A stretch of 64,000 bases of DNA from the NCBI GenBank assembly GCA_965216875.1, contig OZ244207.1:2112001-2176000 (forward strand), in the 5' to 3' direction. The position numbers and the translations under genes were made by a program. The DNA is from Rubripirellula sp. Lineage in GTDB: Bacteria > Planctomycetota > Planctomycetia > Pirellulales > Pirellulaceae. The notes under the pieces were generated by a model, which saw only the letters and a list, made by a program, of their open reading frames with translations, was not told the DNA's origin and did no database searches. Below, one piece after another: positions 12,101 to 20,204 of the stretch. The first letter of the stretch is position 1, and the number at the start of each line of letters is the position of its first letter.

Positions 12101-12692
12101 GTTGGCGATCAAGATGCGGTGGCTCGGACAGACGGATCGTTTCGCCGTCGACGCGCGCCCGCGTGAAGCCTTGTTTGCGTAGATCTTCGAAGAGGTCTTT
12201 GAATTCGCCTTTTTGTTGGCGAACCAACGGAGCCATGATCCAAAGTGCGGCATCCGATGGCAGCGCCAAGATTCGCGAGGTGATCGCGTCGCGGCTTTGC
12301 GCGGCGATCGGCGTTTTGCATCCCGGGCAATGACCTGTCCCGACTCGCGCATAAAGGACGCGCAAGAAGTCGTGGATTTCAGTGATCGTGCCGACGGTGC
12401 TTCGTGGGTTGGTTCCACTCGATTTTTGGTTGATCGAAATCGATGGGCTTAGCCCGGACACCAAATCGACATCGGGCTTGGGCATCTGCCCCATGAATTG
12501 GCGGGCATAGTTGCTCAAACTTTCGACGTAGCGGCGTTGCCCCTCGGCATAGAGCGTATCGAATGCGAGCGACGATTTACCGCTGCCGGAGACTCCCGAG
12601 AAGCAGATCAGCTCGCCTCGGGGAAGCGTCAGGTCGACGCCCCTCAGATTGTGCTCGCGAGCCCCCTTGACCTTGATTTCGGTCGTCGCCAT
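6150..12692 (-). CDS. uvrA: excinuclease ABC subunit A, double-length (two fused UvrA units)
   Basis: Four Walker A motifs (GVSGSGKSS x2, GPSGSGKSS, GPSGSGKST), four LSGGE signatures, AEGQRRYVESLS twice, CxxC zinc fingers. Alternative start 12728. Confidence 0.96.
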   Translation of the reverse strand: MATTEIKVKGAREHNLRGVDLTLPRGELICFSGVSGSGKSSLAFDTLYAEGQRRYVESLSNYARQFMGQMPKPDVDLVSGLSPSISINQKSSGTNPRSTVGTITEIHDFLRVLYARVGTGHCPGCKTPIAAQSRDAITSRILALPSDAALWIMAPLVRQQKGEFKDLFEDLRKQGFTRARVDGETIRLSEPPHLDRQHRHNIEVVVARVHPDDRERSSISEAVDVALKLGDASLMVALSGPNDQQAGKPAEATTKSKGKGKSKRTTSSSDDLLFSSKYACGTCGRSFAAPSPQLFSFNSPQGMCEACDGLGRLFTFVPEMLIPNERLSVRKGAISLLGKWGDMGRYRRHIYRGVADAIDKALELEPGTMLEGKWCDLSEECKHIWLWGTEDAMEFTWRGGRRAKKYSGTFEGFIPELLGKYRTTRNKMQLRQLEKHMATIDCPDCHGDRLNPQASAVTITTAAKGFKQPSMSLPELSNLPVDELAEFFSAVKLSETDAMIAGEAFKEIQTRIGFLLGVGLNYLTLGRTAPTLSGGESQRIRLAGQIGSGLVGVLYILDEPSIGLHPRDNDRLIETLVRLRDSGNTLIVVEHDEDTMRAADKIVDFGPGPGVKGGQIVANGDLETVCKSKKSVTGQFLSGKRSIDPPKKLREINDDTMLTVRGARFHNLKNVDVSIPLGTVTCVTGVSGSGKSSLIGGIVEPKLRNELNGAECEPGEHDLIEGLEHLDKTIAIDQSPIGRTPRSNPATYVKVFDEIRNLFAQMPEAKTRGYTASRFSFNVDGGRCSACDGNGASKLEMDFLADIWVTCPVCQGKRYNRETLAVEFKGHSIADVLDLDISQAHKLFENIPKIADKLQTLVDVGLEYLKLGQPSPTLSGGEAQRIKLSRELSKRETGKTLYVLDEPTTGLHFADIELLLKVIHGLADRGNTIVIVEHNVDVIKTADWVIDLGPEGGVGGGEIVIAGRPREVAKCTKSSTGAAIAKALGIKRRAARKAKSPTTKTFESPPKARTHVVVEAAREHNLKSVDASIPRDQMTVFCGPSGSGKSSLAMDTIYAEGQRRYVESLSSYARQFIGQVQKPQVERIDGLSPAVALEQKNLGHSPRSTVGTVTEIYDYLRILLARLGTMHCPECHTSVGTQTPDDIVDKVMAMKSGTRALLLAPIEVAAGEASKDTWQSLRSTGYQRVRIDGATVALDAAPSLDPRRRQEVQVVVDRIEVKESERSRIGDSVEQALSLGVGVLQVAIANPDLDEPNWKVITHSQHLVCGDCGRSFVDLTPHHFTFNSAVGWCPQCEGLGVQTGTNPAALIHSSELTLAEGATLLWPDVNVDISMWMLRALSRHTGIPIDIPLAELPISQRRILFRGLGNQWIEVREADSSSRSKSKKVVFRYQFKGFYPALEAAARLSPSLRGKLDMFTDEIDCSSCDGSRLRDDSSAVKFRERTIGDLVHMPLVRLFETVKAWKLDARERKIAGELVREIKSRVSFLLDVGLDYLTLHRGAATLSGGEAQRIRLAAQLGSGLCGVLYVLDEPTIGLHPRDNQRLIGALHRLRDQGNTLLVVEHDRDVIAGSDYLYDFGPLAGRNGGRIVAQGPPKKIEPKATSVTGGYINGEQTIAVPNARRPVMAPSGNSLVDFLSIKGAREHNLRAVDVDIPLGVFTAVTGPSGSGKSTLIDDILYPVLARRFHRARTRPGQHEQLLGSKYLDKVIRVDQSPLGNSPSSNPATYTGIFDPVRTLFAELPESKERRYSARTFSFNVPGGRCETCEGSGQLCVEMHFLPDVWVDCDDCHGRRYNDDVLEVKYHGRSIADVLEMSCGEALVHFGDHERIARVLQTLCDVGLDYITLGQAAPTLSGGEAQRVKLASELARPQTGRTLYLLDEPTTGLHFDDIAKLLTVIQQLVDRGNTVITIEHNLDVIKCADWIIDMGPGAGAEGGTVVFTGSPEDLAATAKGGRRKKNAPPVSSTAAFVAEALDASAKAKPKKAARKTSDIEPGSKKKSSQRSAKTSNKPHSQAETSASDVQLILDAPHTAKKSAGKTKSPNGPWRALGRRWHSLGKGFPDNTQPDWPLEIADQVLNVLEKFAGDGSLAFESPDQVDVCPENVDGPWAEVQTKVPESLKVTLAGPPEAVDLESLNSLDLGSTVDLTDSRRARVTLNLTEAKHVRSRKLRSFLKNHYEKAVKP

Positions 12693-12720
12693 CTCATTTG
12701 CCCCGAGCTTTTCCAGCTCG

Positions 12721-12848
12721 GATCCCATCGAATCAAACCCAATGTTGCATCTGGCAATCCCAGCGGCGCCAATTCCTTGCCCCTCACGCTAAGGGCAAGC
12801 GGCGCGATTCAAAAGGGGGCGCTGGGATTTTGCGATTCGATTTGGATC
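12721..12848 (-). other. nested inverted-repeat structure in the uvrA leader (candidate structured RNA)
   Basis: Five nested complementary blocks: 12721-25/12844-48, 12727-34/12834-41, 12756-65/12820-29, 12766-70/12801-05, 12776-82/12793-99. Confidence 0.45.
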
Positions 12849-12891
12849 GATAATCCTCGGACGTGGCGACGAGATCGCCAGCGGGAGCCAC

Positions 12892-14553
12892 TTACCAACG
12901 CAGACCGAAACGTTCACCGCCTGAGTCGCGGTTGTTGCCGCCCTTGAGCGGACCGCTGTGCGTTGCCTTCACGGCAGGCTCACGAGGTGGTTCGACGGTT
13001 TCTTCTTCCGCCGGTTTGCTTTCTTCGCCCGCCGGTGGCGATTGAACGGCTTTCATCGACAAGCCGATCTTTTGCGCATCACGATCAAAGTTCACAACCT
13101 TGACTTCGACTTCCTGGCCCTCGCTGACCATCGTGTCCACGCGAGAAACGCGGTGATGAGCCAGTTCGCTGATGTGAACCAAACCTTCGACACCCGGACC
13201 AAGTTTGACAAAACAACCGAAGGTTGCGATCCGAGTCACCGTTCCTTTGTGAACGCTTCCGATCGCGTATTCGGCTTCGGCCGTATCCCATGGATTGTCC
13301 AGCAAGTCGCGATACGAAAGACCAATCTTGCCGGTCTCTTTGTCGACCGTATCGATTTTGACTTTGACCTTCTGGCCGACTTCCAACACTTCGCTTGGAT
13401 GCTTGACACGTTCCCAGCTCAGCTTGCTGATGTGAATCAAGCCATCGAGCGCTCCAAGGTCGACGAAGGCCCCAAAATCCTTGATGCTTCGGACCGTTCC
13501 TTCGAGTTCAACACCAGGCTCGATTTTCGCAAGTTGCTCAGCTTTCTTTTCCTCGCGCTCGCGTTCCAATACCGCACGGCGACTGAGCACGAGGTTGCCT
13601 CGATTCATGTTTGCTTCGGTGACGACGCAAACAAACTTCTGGTCAACAAATTCGCTCAGGTCTTCAACGCGGTATTCACTCACTTGGCTGATTGGAATGA
13701 ATCCACGAACTCCGCCCGCTTTGCATTCCAAACCACCGGTGTTGTGTCCCGTGACGGTGACTTCGATCACCGAACCTTCTTCGAGGTCTTCCCAATCGCT
13801 GACATCGACCGTACCGCCTGGAAGCGAAAGCACGTACAAACCATCGTCGGAACTGATGCCTCGAACGATGACTTCGACCGACGAGCCGATTTGAGGTTCT
13901 TCTTTGAATTGTTCGAAGGGCACAAAGCCTTCATCAGGCCCGCCCAGACCAAGGAAGACGTTGTCGTCGTGAATCTTTAGAACTTGGGCGTGAACACGAG
14001 CACCGTCGGCCAGCGGTTCGCTTCGATCCGCCATCCCAACATTGCCAGACATCATTTGGTCAAAGTCGGCCGCGGCGAGCTCGGCATCCAATTCCGCTTG
14101 CAGGTCATCCGCAAGACCGCCACGTCGATTTGGAACCGGGACACGCGGCTTGGGCGCGGGTTTGATCTGAACGCCACGTTTGATTGGGCGATCCTCCGAC
14201 TCGGCCGATTCCTTGCGCGGCTTGCCTTTGCCACCCTCTTTCTTCTTTTTGGGCTTCGCTCCCTGATCCGCGCCTGGCGAAATTCCAGGTGACGCTGGCT
14301 TTGCGACTCCGAGACCACGTGCTGCGAGAGGTCCGCTCGTGCGACCGATCTTGGGGGCAGGTTTGGCAGCGGGCGCGGCTTCTGTCTGCGAAGCTTCCGC
14401 TGTCACAGCTTCGGAGCCAGCGGCTTGCGACGCGTCGGAACCGGCATCTTGAGCGGCGGTCGCCTCAGGAGTGGCAGCCGCGTCGGGTGTGGCCGTGTTT
14501 TCGGGGGTGGTTGGAGCAGGTTGCTCAGGTTGAGTTTCGTCGCCGACGGTCAT
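12892..14553 (-). CDS. S1 RNA-binding domain protein (ribosomal protein S1-like) with long low-complexity N-terminus
   Basis: Tandem S1 repeats (GFIPISQV, FGAFVDLG..DGLIHISKLSW, FGCFVKL..GVEGLVHISEL); likely start MTVGDE at 14553. Confidence 0.88.
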   Translation of the reverse strand: MTVGDETQPEQPAPTTPENTATPDAAATPEATAAQDAGSDASQAAGSEAVTAEASQTEAAPAAKPAPKIGRTSGPLAARGLGVAKPASPGISPGADQGAKPKKKKEGGKGKPRKESAESEDRPIKRGVQIKPAPKPRVPVPNRRGGLADDLQAELDAELAAADFDQMMSGNVGMADRSEPLADGARVHAQVLKIHDDNVFLGLGGPDEGFVPFEQFKEEPQIGSSVEVIVRGISSDDGLYVLSLPGGTVDVSDWEDLEEGSVIEVTVTGHNTGGLECKAGGVRGFIPISQVSEYRVEDLSEFVDQKFVCVVTEANMNRGNLVLSRRAVLEREREEKKAEQLAKIEPGVELEGTVRSIKDFGAFVDLGALDGLIHISKLSWERVKHPSEVLEVGQKVKVKIDTVDKETGKIGLSYRDLLDNPWDTAEAEYAIGSVHKGTVTRIATFGCFVKLGPGVEGLVHISELAHHRVSRVDTMVSEGQEVEVKVVNFDRDAQKIGLSMKAVQSPPAGEESKPAEEETVEPPREPAVKATHSGPLKGGNNRDSGGERFGLRW

Positions 14554-14773
14554 CGAAGCAGTTCGTAAATCGCGAGAGGGTGGTTTGCCGGTCAGGGCAG
14601 GAGGTGAACACGGGTCTGCCGCAGCAAAGGGGCGGCTATTTGGGACCGGTTCGCAAGTGGGGCAGTCTAGCAATTTGGCACCGCAATCGGTAGCCTTCGC
14701 TCCCCAAACAGTAGTCCGAGATTGGCCGACTTAAACTTCCTAAATTGCACGATTTCACCAGGAGAACCCTTCG

Positions 14774-15286
14774 ATGCCTAAGTTGGACGCAGCTCACGCC
14801 GATTCCTTCAGCTGCCTGCCCACCGAATTGATCGAGGCGATCGAGGCCGCTCCGATGCCCGGTCTGGGCGAGGGACCGCAGGATTCGGGGATGGCTGACT
14901 ACCTCTCTTCGGGTTCGGTCCAGCAGGCGCTTTCGGACGCCAGCCGGCCAAACGAATCACTCAGCGGCCTTTGGCTGCTCGCGGGCGATTTGGAGCGGAG
15001 CCACTCGATCAGCCAAAGCATCCACAATGCCGAAGGGAGTTTCTGGCACGGCATCATGCACCGCCGAGAAGGAGACTTTGGAAACGCCAAATACTGGTTT
15101 CGAAACGTCGGCGATCATCCAGTGGTCGACCAGCTCGCCGACAGCGTCGATGGCTACTCGGACGCGTTTGATTTTGTCGATGACTGCAGCCGCGCGGTTC
15201 GTAGCGGAGGTACCGCCTATGAGGACTGCCAACTCACCCAATGGACCGAGTGGCAACTCTTGATGGCGAAGTGTCTTTGCGGTTAG
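14774..15286 (+). CDS. conserved hypothetical protein
   Basis: GGAG SD upstream; SHSISQ...WHGIMHRREGDFGNAKYWF motif typical of a widespread uncharacterised family. Confidence 0.8.
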   Translation: MPKLDAAHADSFSCLPTELIEAIEAAPMPGLGEGPQDSGMADYLSSGSVQQALSDASRPNESLSGLWLLAGDLERSHSISQSIHNAEGSFWHGIMHRREGDFGNAKYWFRNVGDHPVVDQLADSVDGYSDAFDFVDDCSRAVRSGGTAYEDCQLTQWTEWQLLMAKCLCG

Positions 15287-15543
15287 TCGCAAAGTTGGCA
15301 GCTTGTTTCATCATTGGCGGAGGTGTGGCCGATATTTTCTCATGTACCGGGGACGAAGGACGCGACGTTGTGTGGGGCAATTGGTTCTTCGATCCTGGAA
15401 CATACGACCCGGGTTTTCCCAATGATCAATTCGCCTGATCGCTGGGGCAATGAAGATCCGGGTCGTTTTTTTTTGCGCGCACGGAGAATCACAAACGCAT
15501 TCACCGGTTCTCTTGAAACCGGCAGTGATCGAGCGCGTCTCGA

Positions 15544-15642
15544 CACTCTCCCTTGGGAGAGTCGGGCTCTCAGGCCCGGAGAGGGTCTTTACGAACTGCC
15601 TCATCAGACTGCCCGTCTGCCCCTCTCGCAAGCGGGAGGGCC
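15544..15642. repeat. REPIN-like paired palindrome (CACTCTCCCTTGGGAGAGT...)
   Basis: First hairpin is identical to 20178-20196; a second GC hairpin at about 15620-15642. Confidence 0.6.
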
Positions 15643-15835
15643 TAATGGCCAGCGGCTCAACCGGTGATTGTGGTCCCGCGCCATTGCCGCTGAAGTGTTG
15701 CCAAGTTTCACCGGAAGATTGTTGAAAAAAAGCAACAGTGGCGGCGAAGGCTGCGGTGGCTTCGACGCTCCCCAGGCCCAAAAAGGATCGTGATTCACGG
15801 GCATTTCTGGCGATTGGCCAAACGGGCCCTTTCTG

Positions 15836-15852
15836 TTGGCACAGCGAGTGCA
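15836..15852 (+). promoter_or_regulatory. candidate sigma-54 (-24/-12) promoter
   Basis: TTGGCACAGCGAGTGCA has GG-N10-GC spacing and lies 55 nt upstream of the ATG at 15908. Confidence 0.55.
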
Positions 15853-15907
15853 AAAAGGTTCGAGACATCTTCTCAGCTTGTTGTCTCGTTGTTGATGCCC
15901 TCTGCCG

Positions 15908-16786
15908 ATGCATTCTGTCCTTCTTGCCGACATCGCCGCGTTAGTTTCACAACACGGTCCTGCGATTCTGTACCGCCGCGAAGCGATCCCCCCTCAAGCG
16001 GTCACGAAGTATTGGGCCAGCTCGCGAACGCGGTTTGATCTTTGGCATCAGACACTCGGACGATACCGCGACGCGGAAAAATCGGGCGACTCTCTCAAGC
16101 TTCGGCGTTGGTGGCAAGCGAACGTGGTCGTGCTCGAGGAAGTGCTTGTTTCCGAGATCTTGACTCGGGTCATCGCAGCGCTCGCCGCGGGTCTCGATGA
16201 CGCTGGTGAAACGGATGAAGTTTCACCGGTCACTCACGCGGTCTACCTCACCCATCTCGAGGCGCGCAACCGCGTTCAGCAAATGATGTTGTTTGGACGT
16301 GGCAATTCCGTCCAAGACGCCGTTCGACTCAACCGTCTTCGTCAGGGTGTCGAACGCTGGACCGACGCCTTGATCGGCCGCATGTCGGTTCAAAACCCCG
16401 ACAACATCTCCTACGCGATTAATCATGATCGGGCGACCGAATACATGGATGAAAGCCGTGGTCACGGCCTCGGCGCTGCTCGCGACACAGCGACCTGGTT
16501 GATGAACGCTGCGATGCACGACATGCTGCGACGCCGAACTTCCAACTTGACCGCCCTTCCTGATGCCAACCGCAACGTCGCCCAAAGCGTGATGTTGATG
16601 CTTCGCCCCGATCTTTTCGACAGCGTCGGCGCGCTCAAGTCGCTTTGGCTTCACCGTTTGCAAGTCGGAACGGATCAAACCGACCGTGTGCTCAACGAGC
16701 TCAGTGACAAAGATATCGACAACGCCGAAACGGCCAGCGGGATCGAAATGACCCACGATTCCAATTTCGAACGCTGGTACATGTAA
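15908..16786 (+). CDS. hypothetical protein (helical)
   Basis: 292-aa ORF with coding-like composition; no motif recognised. Confidence 0.8.
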   Translation: MHSVLLADIAALVSQHGPAILYRREAIPPQAVTKYWASSRTRFDLWHQTLGRYRDAEKSGDSLKLRRWWQANVVVLEEVLVSEILTRVIAALAAGLDDAGETDEVSPVTHAVYLTHLEARNRVQQMMLFGRGNSVQDAVRLNRLRQGVERWTDALIGRMSVQNPDNISYAINHDRATEYMDESRGHGLGAARDTATWLMNAAMHDMLRRRTSNLTALPDANRNVAQSVMLMLRPDLFDSVGALKSLWLHRLQVGTDQTDRVLNELSDKDIDNAETASGIEMTHDSNFERWYM

Positions 16787-16795
16787 GCTCCAGCG

Positions 16796-16823
16796 GCCAA
16801 TCGCCAATCGCCAATCGCCAGTC
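16796..16823. repeat. heptamer tandem repeat (GCCAATC x3 + GCCAGTC)
   Basis: Directly visible between convergent genes. Confidence 0.7.
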
Positions 16824-16906
16824 GGCCGGATCAAGGAGCGACGCCGATCAGGAACGACGATCAAAAGGTTTTGGCGGGCGATCGAGCTAAGGCAAAACCG
16901 CATCGC

Positions 16907-17290
16907 CTACGAAAGAATCTCGCCAATTCGGTCGACCGACGTTCTCAACGACCGGGCAGCCATCTCAAAATTGGTGTGGCCGCTAACCTCCGGTTGAATC
17001 TCTTCATAGAGCTCGGTTGCTTTACGAAGCTTTGAGAGTTTCTTCTTGGCCATCTTGAGGTAGGTCTTGGCAACGTCTACTTCATTGATGGGGCCAACCG
17101 CCAAGATGAAATCGTAGATGTCACGGACGACATCGCGGAGGTCCTCGTCGTCCTCGGCTTCGTCACAGTGTTTCAAGAACGTCCGCACCATCCAGAGATG
17201 CGTGACCTCTTGATCGATCGCACGAACCAAATCCATCGGATCTGGTTCGTCCGTCGTGTGATCGTCGGAAGTCTGCGATTCGCTCGCCAT
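16907..17290 (-). CDS. hypothetical protein
   Basis: 127 aa; start overlaps the upstream stop (TGATG); HLWMVRTFLKH and SGHTNFEMA motifs. Confidence 0.78.
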   Translation of the reverse strand: MASESQTSDDHTTDEPDPMDLVRAIDQEVTHLWMVRTFLKHCDEAEDDEDLRDVVRDIYDFILAVGPINEVDVAKTYLKMAKKKLSKLRKATELYEEIQPEVSGHTNFEMAARSLRTSVDRIGEILS

Positions 17291-17913
17291 CAGCCTGCGG
17301 AATCCGGATCCGTGGGGTTGGGGGTCTCGGCCCCCGAGTTTTCAGCCGGACTCTCGACACTTGCACTCGGTTTGGGTGGTCCGTGCCCATGCGGCGTGTT
17401 CATGGCAACAATCACCACGCCGACGACGGTAAGTCCCATGCCGACCCACAGCAAAGGGTTGATGGTGGTGTGACCGTGCAATTTCAGGACGGAAACAAGC
17501 GCCGTCACCGACACAGCGCCGCCAAACACGATTGGCATCACGAGCAGCGCGTTGCCGCGACTGGTCATCATGGCCGTGGTCAGGCAGAGCGCCCCAGCGG
17601 CACCGAGCGTTCCGGCGAGGAAGCCCCACTTGGCTGGAAGAAAGTGCGTGATTCCAGGCGCGCCGGGTACAGCAGCGCTATAGGAAAAACTGTCACCTTT
17701 GACTTTCATCATGACCAAGCCACCAGCCACGGCGATCACCAGATAGGCGATCCCGATAAAGACATAAGGCTTGAAAGGGGTCCAGCCATCGGGTGGCAGC
17801 AGCGGTTTGCCGTCGACACGTGGTGTTTGCGCGTTACCGATCGTTGGCCCGTAACACCCCCAAAAGATCGCCGTTCCGATGGCAAAGAGAATTGGGATCA
17901 ACATTTTGTTCAT
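17290..17913 (-). CDS. integral membrane protein (DMT/EamA-like half transporter)
   Basis: About five hydrophobic helices; FWGCYGP, GTLGAAGALC, VMPIVFGGA. Confidence 0.75.
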   Translation of the reverse strand: MNKMLIPILFAIGTAIFWGCYGPTIGNAQTPRVDGKPLLPPDGWTPFKPYVFIGIAYLVIAVAGGLVMMKVKGDSFSYSAAVPGAPGITHFLPAKWGFLAGTLGAAGALCLTTAMMTSRGNALLVMPIVFGGAVSVTALVSVLKLHGHTTINPLLWVGMGLTVVGVVIVAMNTPHGHGPPKPSASVESPAENSGAETPNPTDPDSAG

Positions 17914-18012
17914 GGATACCTCAAAGCGGGGGCGGGATAGTCGATAGCGGTGGCTCGGATTTGCGAAACTGCATCAATGCTGGTGGACGGTCGATCGAAC
18001 GAGTTGTCCGGG

Positions 18013-19104
18013 CTAGGCGTCATGCCGAAAGTGGCAGATGTCGCCGTCTTGAACCAAGTAGTTTTTGCCTTCCACTCGCAGTTTACCGGCTTGGCGAATC
18101 TCTTTCTCACTGCCGTGCGTTTCGAGATCTTCCAGCGTATAAACCTCGACGCGAATAAAACGGCTCTCGAAATCACTATGGATCACTCCAGCCGCCTCAG
18201 GACCGGTTGCACCGATCTTGACCGGCCAAGCACGGACTTCCTTTTCGCCAGCCGTGAAATAACTCTGCAAACCGAGTGTACGGTAGGCTTCACGAGCGAT
18301 CTGAGCCAAAGCGGGCTCTTCGAGTCCAATGTCGGCGAGCATCTCGCCGCGATCTTCTTCGTCAAGTTCCGCGATTTCGGCTTCGATCTTGGCACAAACG
18401 CAGACGACGCCGGCGCCCGATTTCGACGCATGCTCGCGAACTTTGCCGACCAACTCATGCTCGCCGGTTAAGTCGTCTTCGCCAACGTTGGCGACATAGA
18501 GTACGGGTTTGGCGGTCAGCAGTCCGTAGCTCGAAATGCACTTCTCTTCTGGCTCGGTCAACGAAAGCGTGCGAAGCGGTTTTTCAGCTTCGAGATGTTG
18601 GTTGCACTTATCAATTGTTGCCACGCGAAGCTTGGCTTCTTTGTCGCCACTGCGAGCGGTCCGCTGTGCCTTACTCAATGCGTTTTCAAGTGTTTGCAAA
18701 TCCGCAAACATCAGTTCCGCTTCGATCGTCTCAATATCGGCGATGGGGTCAACTGCTCCGGCGACGTGAATCACGTCGGGGTCTTCAAAGCAACGAACCA
18801 CCTGCACGATCGCGTCGACTTCACGGATGTGGCTGAGGAATTTGTTGCCCAATCCTTCGCCGTCACTCGCGCCTTTGACGATGCCAGCGATGTCGACCAA
18901 TTTGATCGCAGCGGGAATGACCTTCTGAGGCTGGATGTATTTGGTGATCCGCTCCAGCCGTGGATCGGGCACGTTGACGATTCCTTCGTTCGGCTCAATC
19001 GTGCAGAAAGGATAGTTTTCGCTCTGCGCCGATTGAGAGCTGGTCAATGCATTGAACAGCGTGCTCTTGCCGACGTTGGGCAAACCGACGATTCCGGCTT
19101 CCAT
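18013..19104 (-). CDS. ychF: redox-regulated ATPase YchF (Obg family)
   Basis: [55 protein letters not shown]-type C-terminus. Confidence 0.97.
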   Translation of the reverse strand: MEAGIVGLPNVGKSTLFNALTSSQSAQSENYPFCTIEPNEGIVNVPDPRLERITKYIQPQKVIPAAIKLVDIAGIVKGASDGEGLGNKFLSHIREVDAIVQVVRCFEDPDVIHVAGAVDPIADIETIEAELMFADLQTLENALSKAQRTARSGDKEAKLRVATIDKCNQHLEAEKPLRTLSLTEPEEKCISSYGLLTAKPVLYVANVGEDDLTGEHELVGKVREHASKSGAGVVCVCAKIEAEIAELDEEDRGEMLADIGLEEPALAQIAREAYRTLGLQSYFTAGEKEVRAWPVKIGATGPEAAGVIHSDFESRFIRVEVYTLEDLETHGSEKEIRQAGKLRVEGKNYLVQDGDICHFRHDA

Positions 19105-19509
19105 GGTCTTTGTCAGATTCAAATCGTGAGGGGGAGATAACTTTCAAGCCTCTTCAAACACGTTGGACCGCGGCCGAGGAGGGGAGAAGATCGTATCAGC
19201 AACCCGCTTTTCATCGAAGGTGGCTTCCTAAGCCGCGTTTCCCCCATCAAGCCCCACGATCATGAACGCCGACGATTCGGTTGCGCCGGTTGCGGAAGCT
19301 TTCCGGCGAGCTTGAGCGAGAATTCGCAGAAACCACAGAAAATCTCGCGGTTTCCCTCGTTTCGGACGGGCGGCCTGCCGATTTCCAGCTCTTGCAAGAC
19401 GCATTTTTACGTGAATGTTTCAAGGACGAAGCTGGTAGTCGCTCTTTCACCCAGCTTTTCGACCCTGGGTGGAGCGAAGTTCTGATCCTTCCAGCTCCGG
19501 GCCCCTCTT

Positions 19510-20160
19510 TTGAGAACTCTTACCCTTGGCGTGTTGATTGTCACTGGCGGCAGCCTCGCAGCGCTCCCGTTTCGTAAATACCAATCGAGCGTCCCAGAAA
19601 CCTCCGGCCCTGTTCAAGCAACCGGTCCGACCGAAAGGTCATTGCAACAAACGAAGATTGAATTCCTCGCTCAGGAGCAATCGTCGCCCGATCAAACTGC
19701 GCCGCCAGCCGAATTCGGCAAACATCCCCTGCCGCCTTGGCAAGCCGAACCGGTTGTACAAACCCGGCGCCGTCTGCCCGATCAACCACTGACCTACGAA
19801 GACCTTGCCGTTCCCATCGCGCAACCCGAGCATCTCCGCGAACGCTTTTCGGCGAGCGTCGCCCAGCAAGAGCAGCGCCAGGCTCAACATCGCGCCACTG
19901 GTTTGGTGATGCCCGAAATGGAATCGCTTGCGCTCTCCGAGCGAAATCAGATTGAGGCAATGAGCATCGCGAGACAACCGACTGTCCAGCAACGTACCGT
20001 CGTGCAACCTGACGCCCAGCAGAACGACTATCGCGCTGCACTGGTGAGCACGCCCGTTCCCGGCTCGCAAACCGAGCCGTTGCCAGCACCCAGCGTCGTC
20101 AGTGTCACTCCCGAGCCGATTGCGCAGCCGCGCCCGAAGCATTGGATCCGCCAACCGTAG
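19510..20160 (+). CDS. hypothetical exported/membrane-anchored Pro/Gln-rich protein
   Basis: TTG start, hydrophobic N-terminus (..SLAALPFRK), low-complexity body, HWIRQP end. Confidence 0.65.
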   Translation: MRTLTLGVLIVTGGSLAALPFRKYQSSVPETSGPVQATGPTERSLQQTKIEFLAQEQSSPDQTAPPAEFGKHPLPPWQAEPVVQTRRRLPDQPLTYEDLAVPIAQPEHLRERFSASVAQQEQRQAQHRATGLVMPEMESLALSERNQIEAMSIARQPTVQQRTVVQPDAQQNDYRAALVSTPVPGSQTEPLPAPSVVSVTPEPIAQPRPKHWIRQP

Positions 20161-20177
20161 GTTTGCGGATGGAAAAA

Positions 20178-20197
20178 CACTCTCCCTTGGGAGAGTG
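20178..20197. terminator. perfect hairpin between convergent genes (REP half or terminator)
   Basis: CACTCTCCC-TT-GGGAGAGTG preceded by AAAAA (U-tract on the minus strand). Confidence 0.5.
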
Positions 20198-20204
20198 ATT
20201 GTTG

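Noticed and set aside
4188..13980. Long antisense ORFs (for example 4188-5249, 7860-8693, 12958-13980)
   Set aside because: Shadow frames of well-supported genes, expected in GC-rich DNA.
15241..15944. Several overlapping short ORFs in the long intergenic region
   Set aside because: They overlap a REPIN and a promoter candidate, conflict with each other, and show no recognisable motifs.
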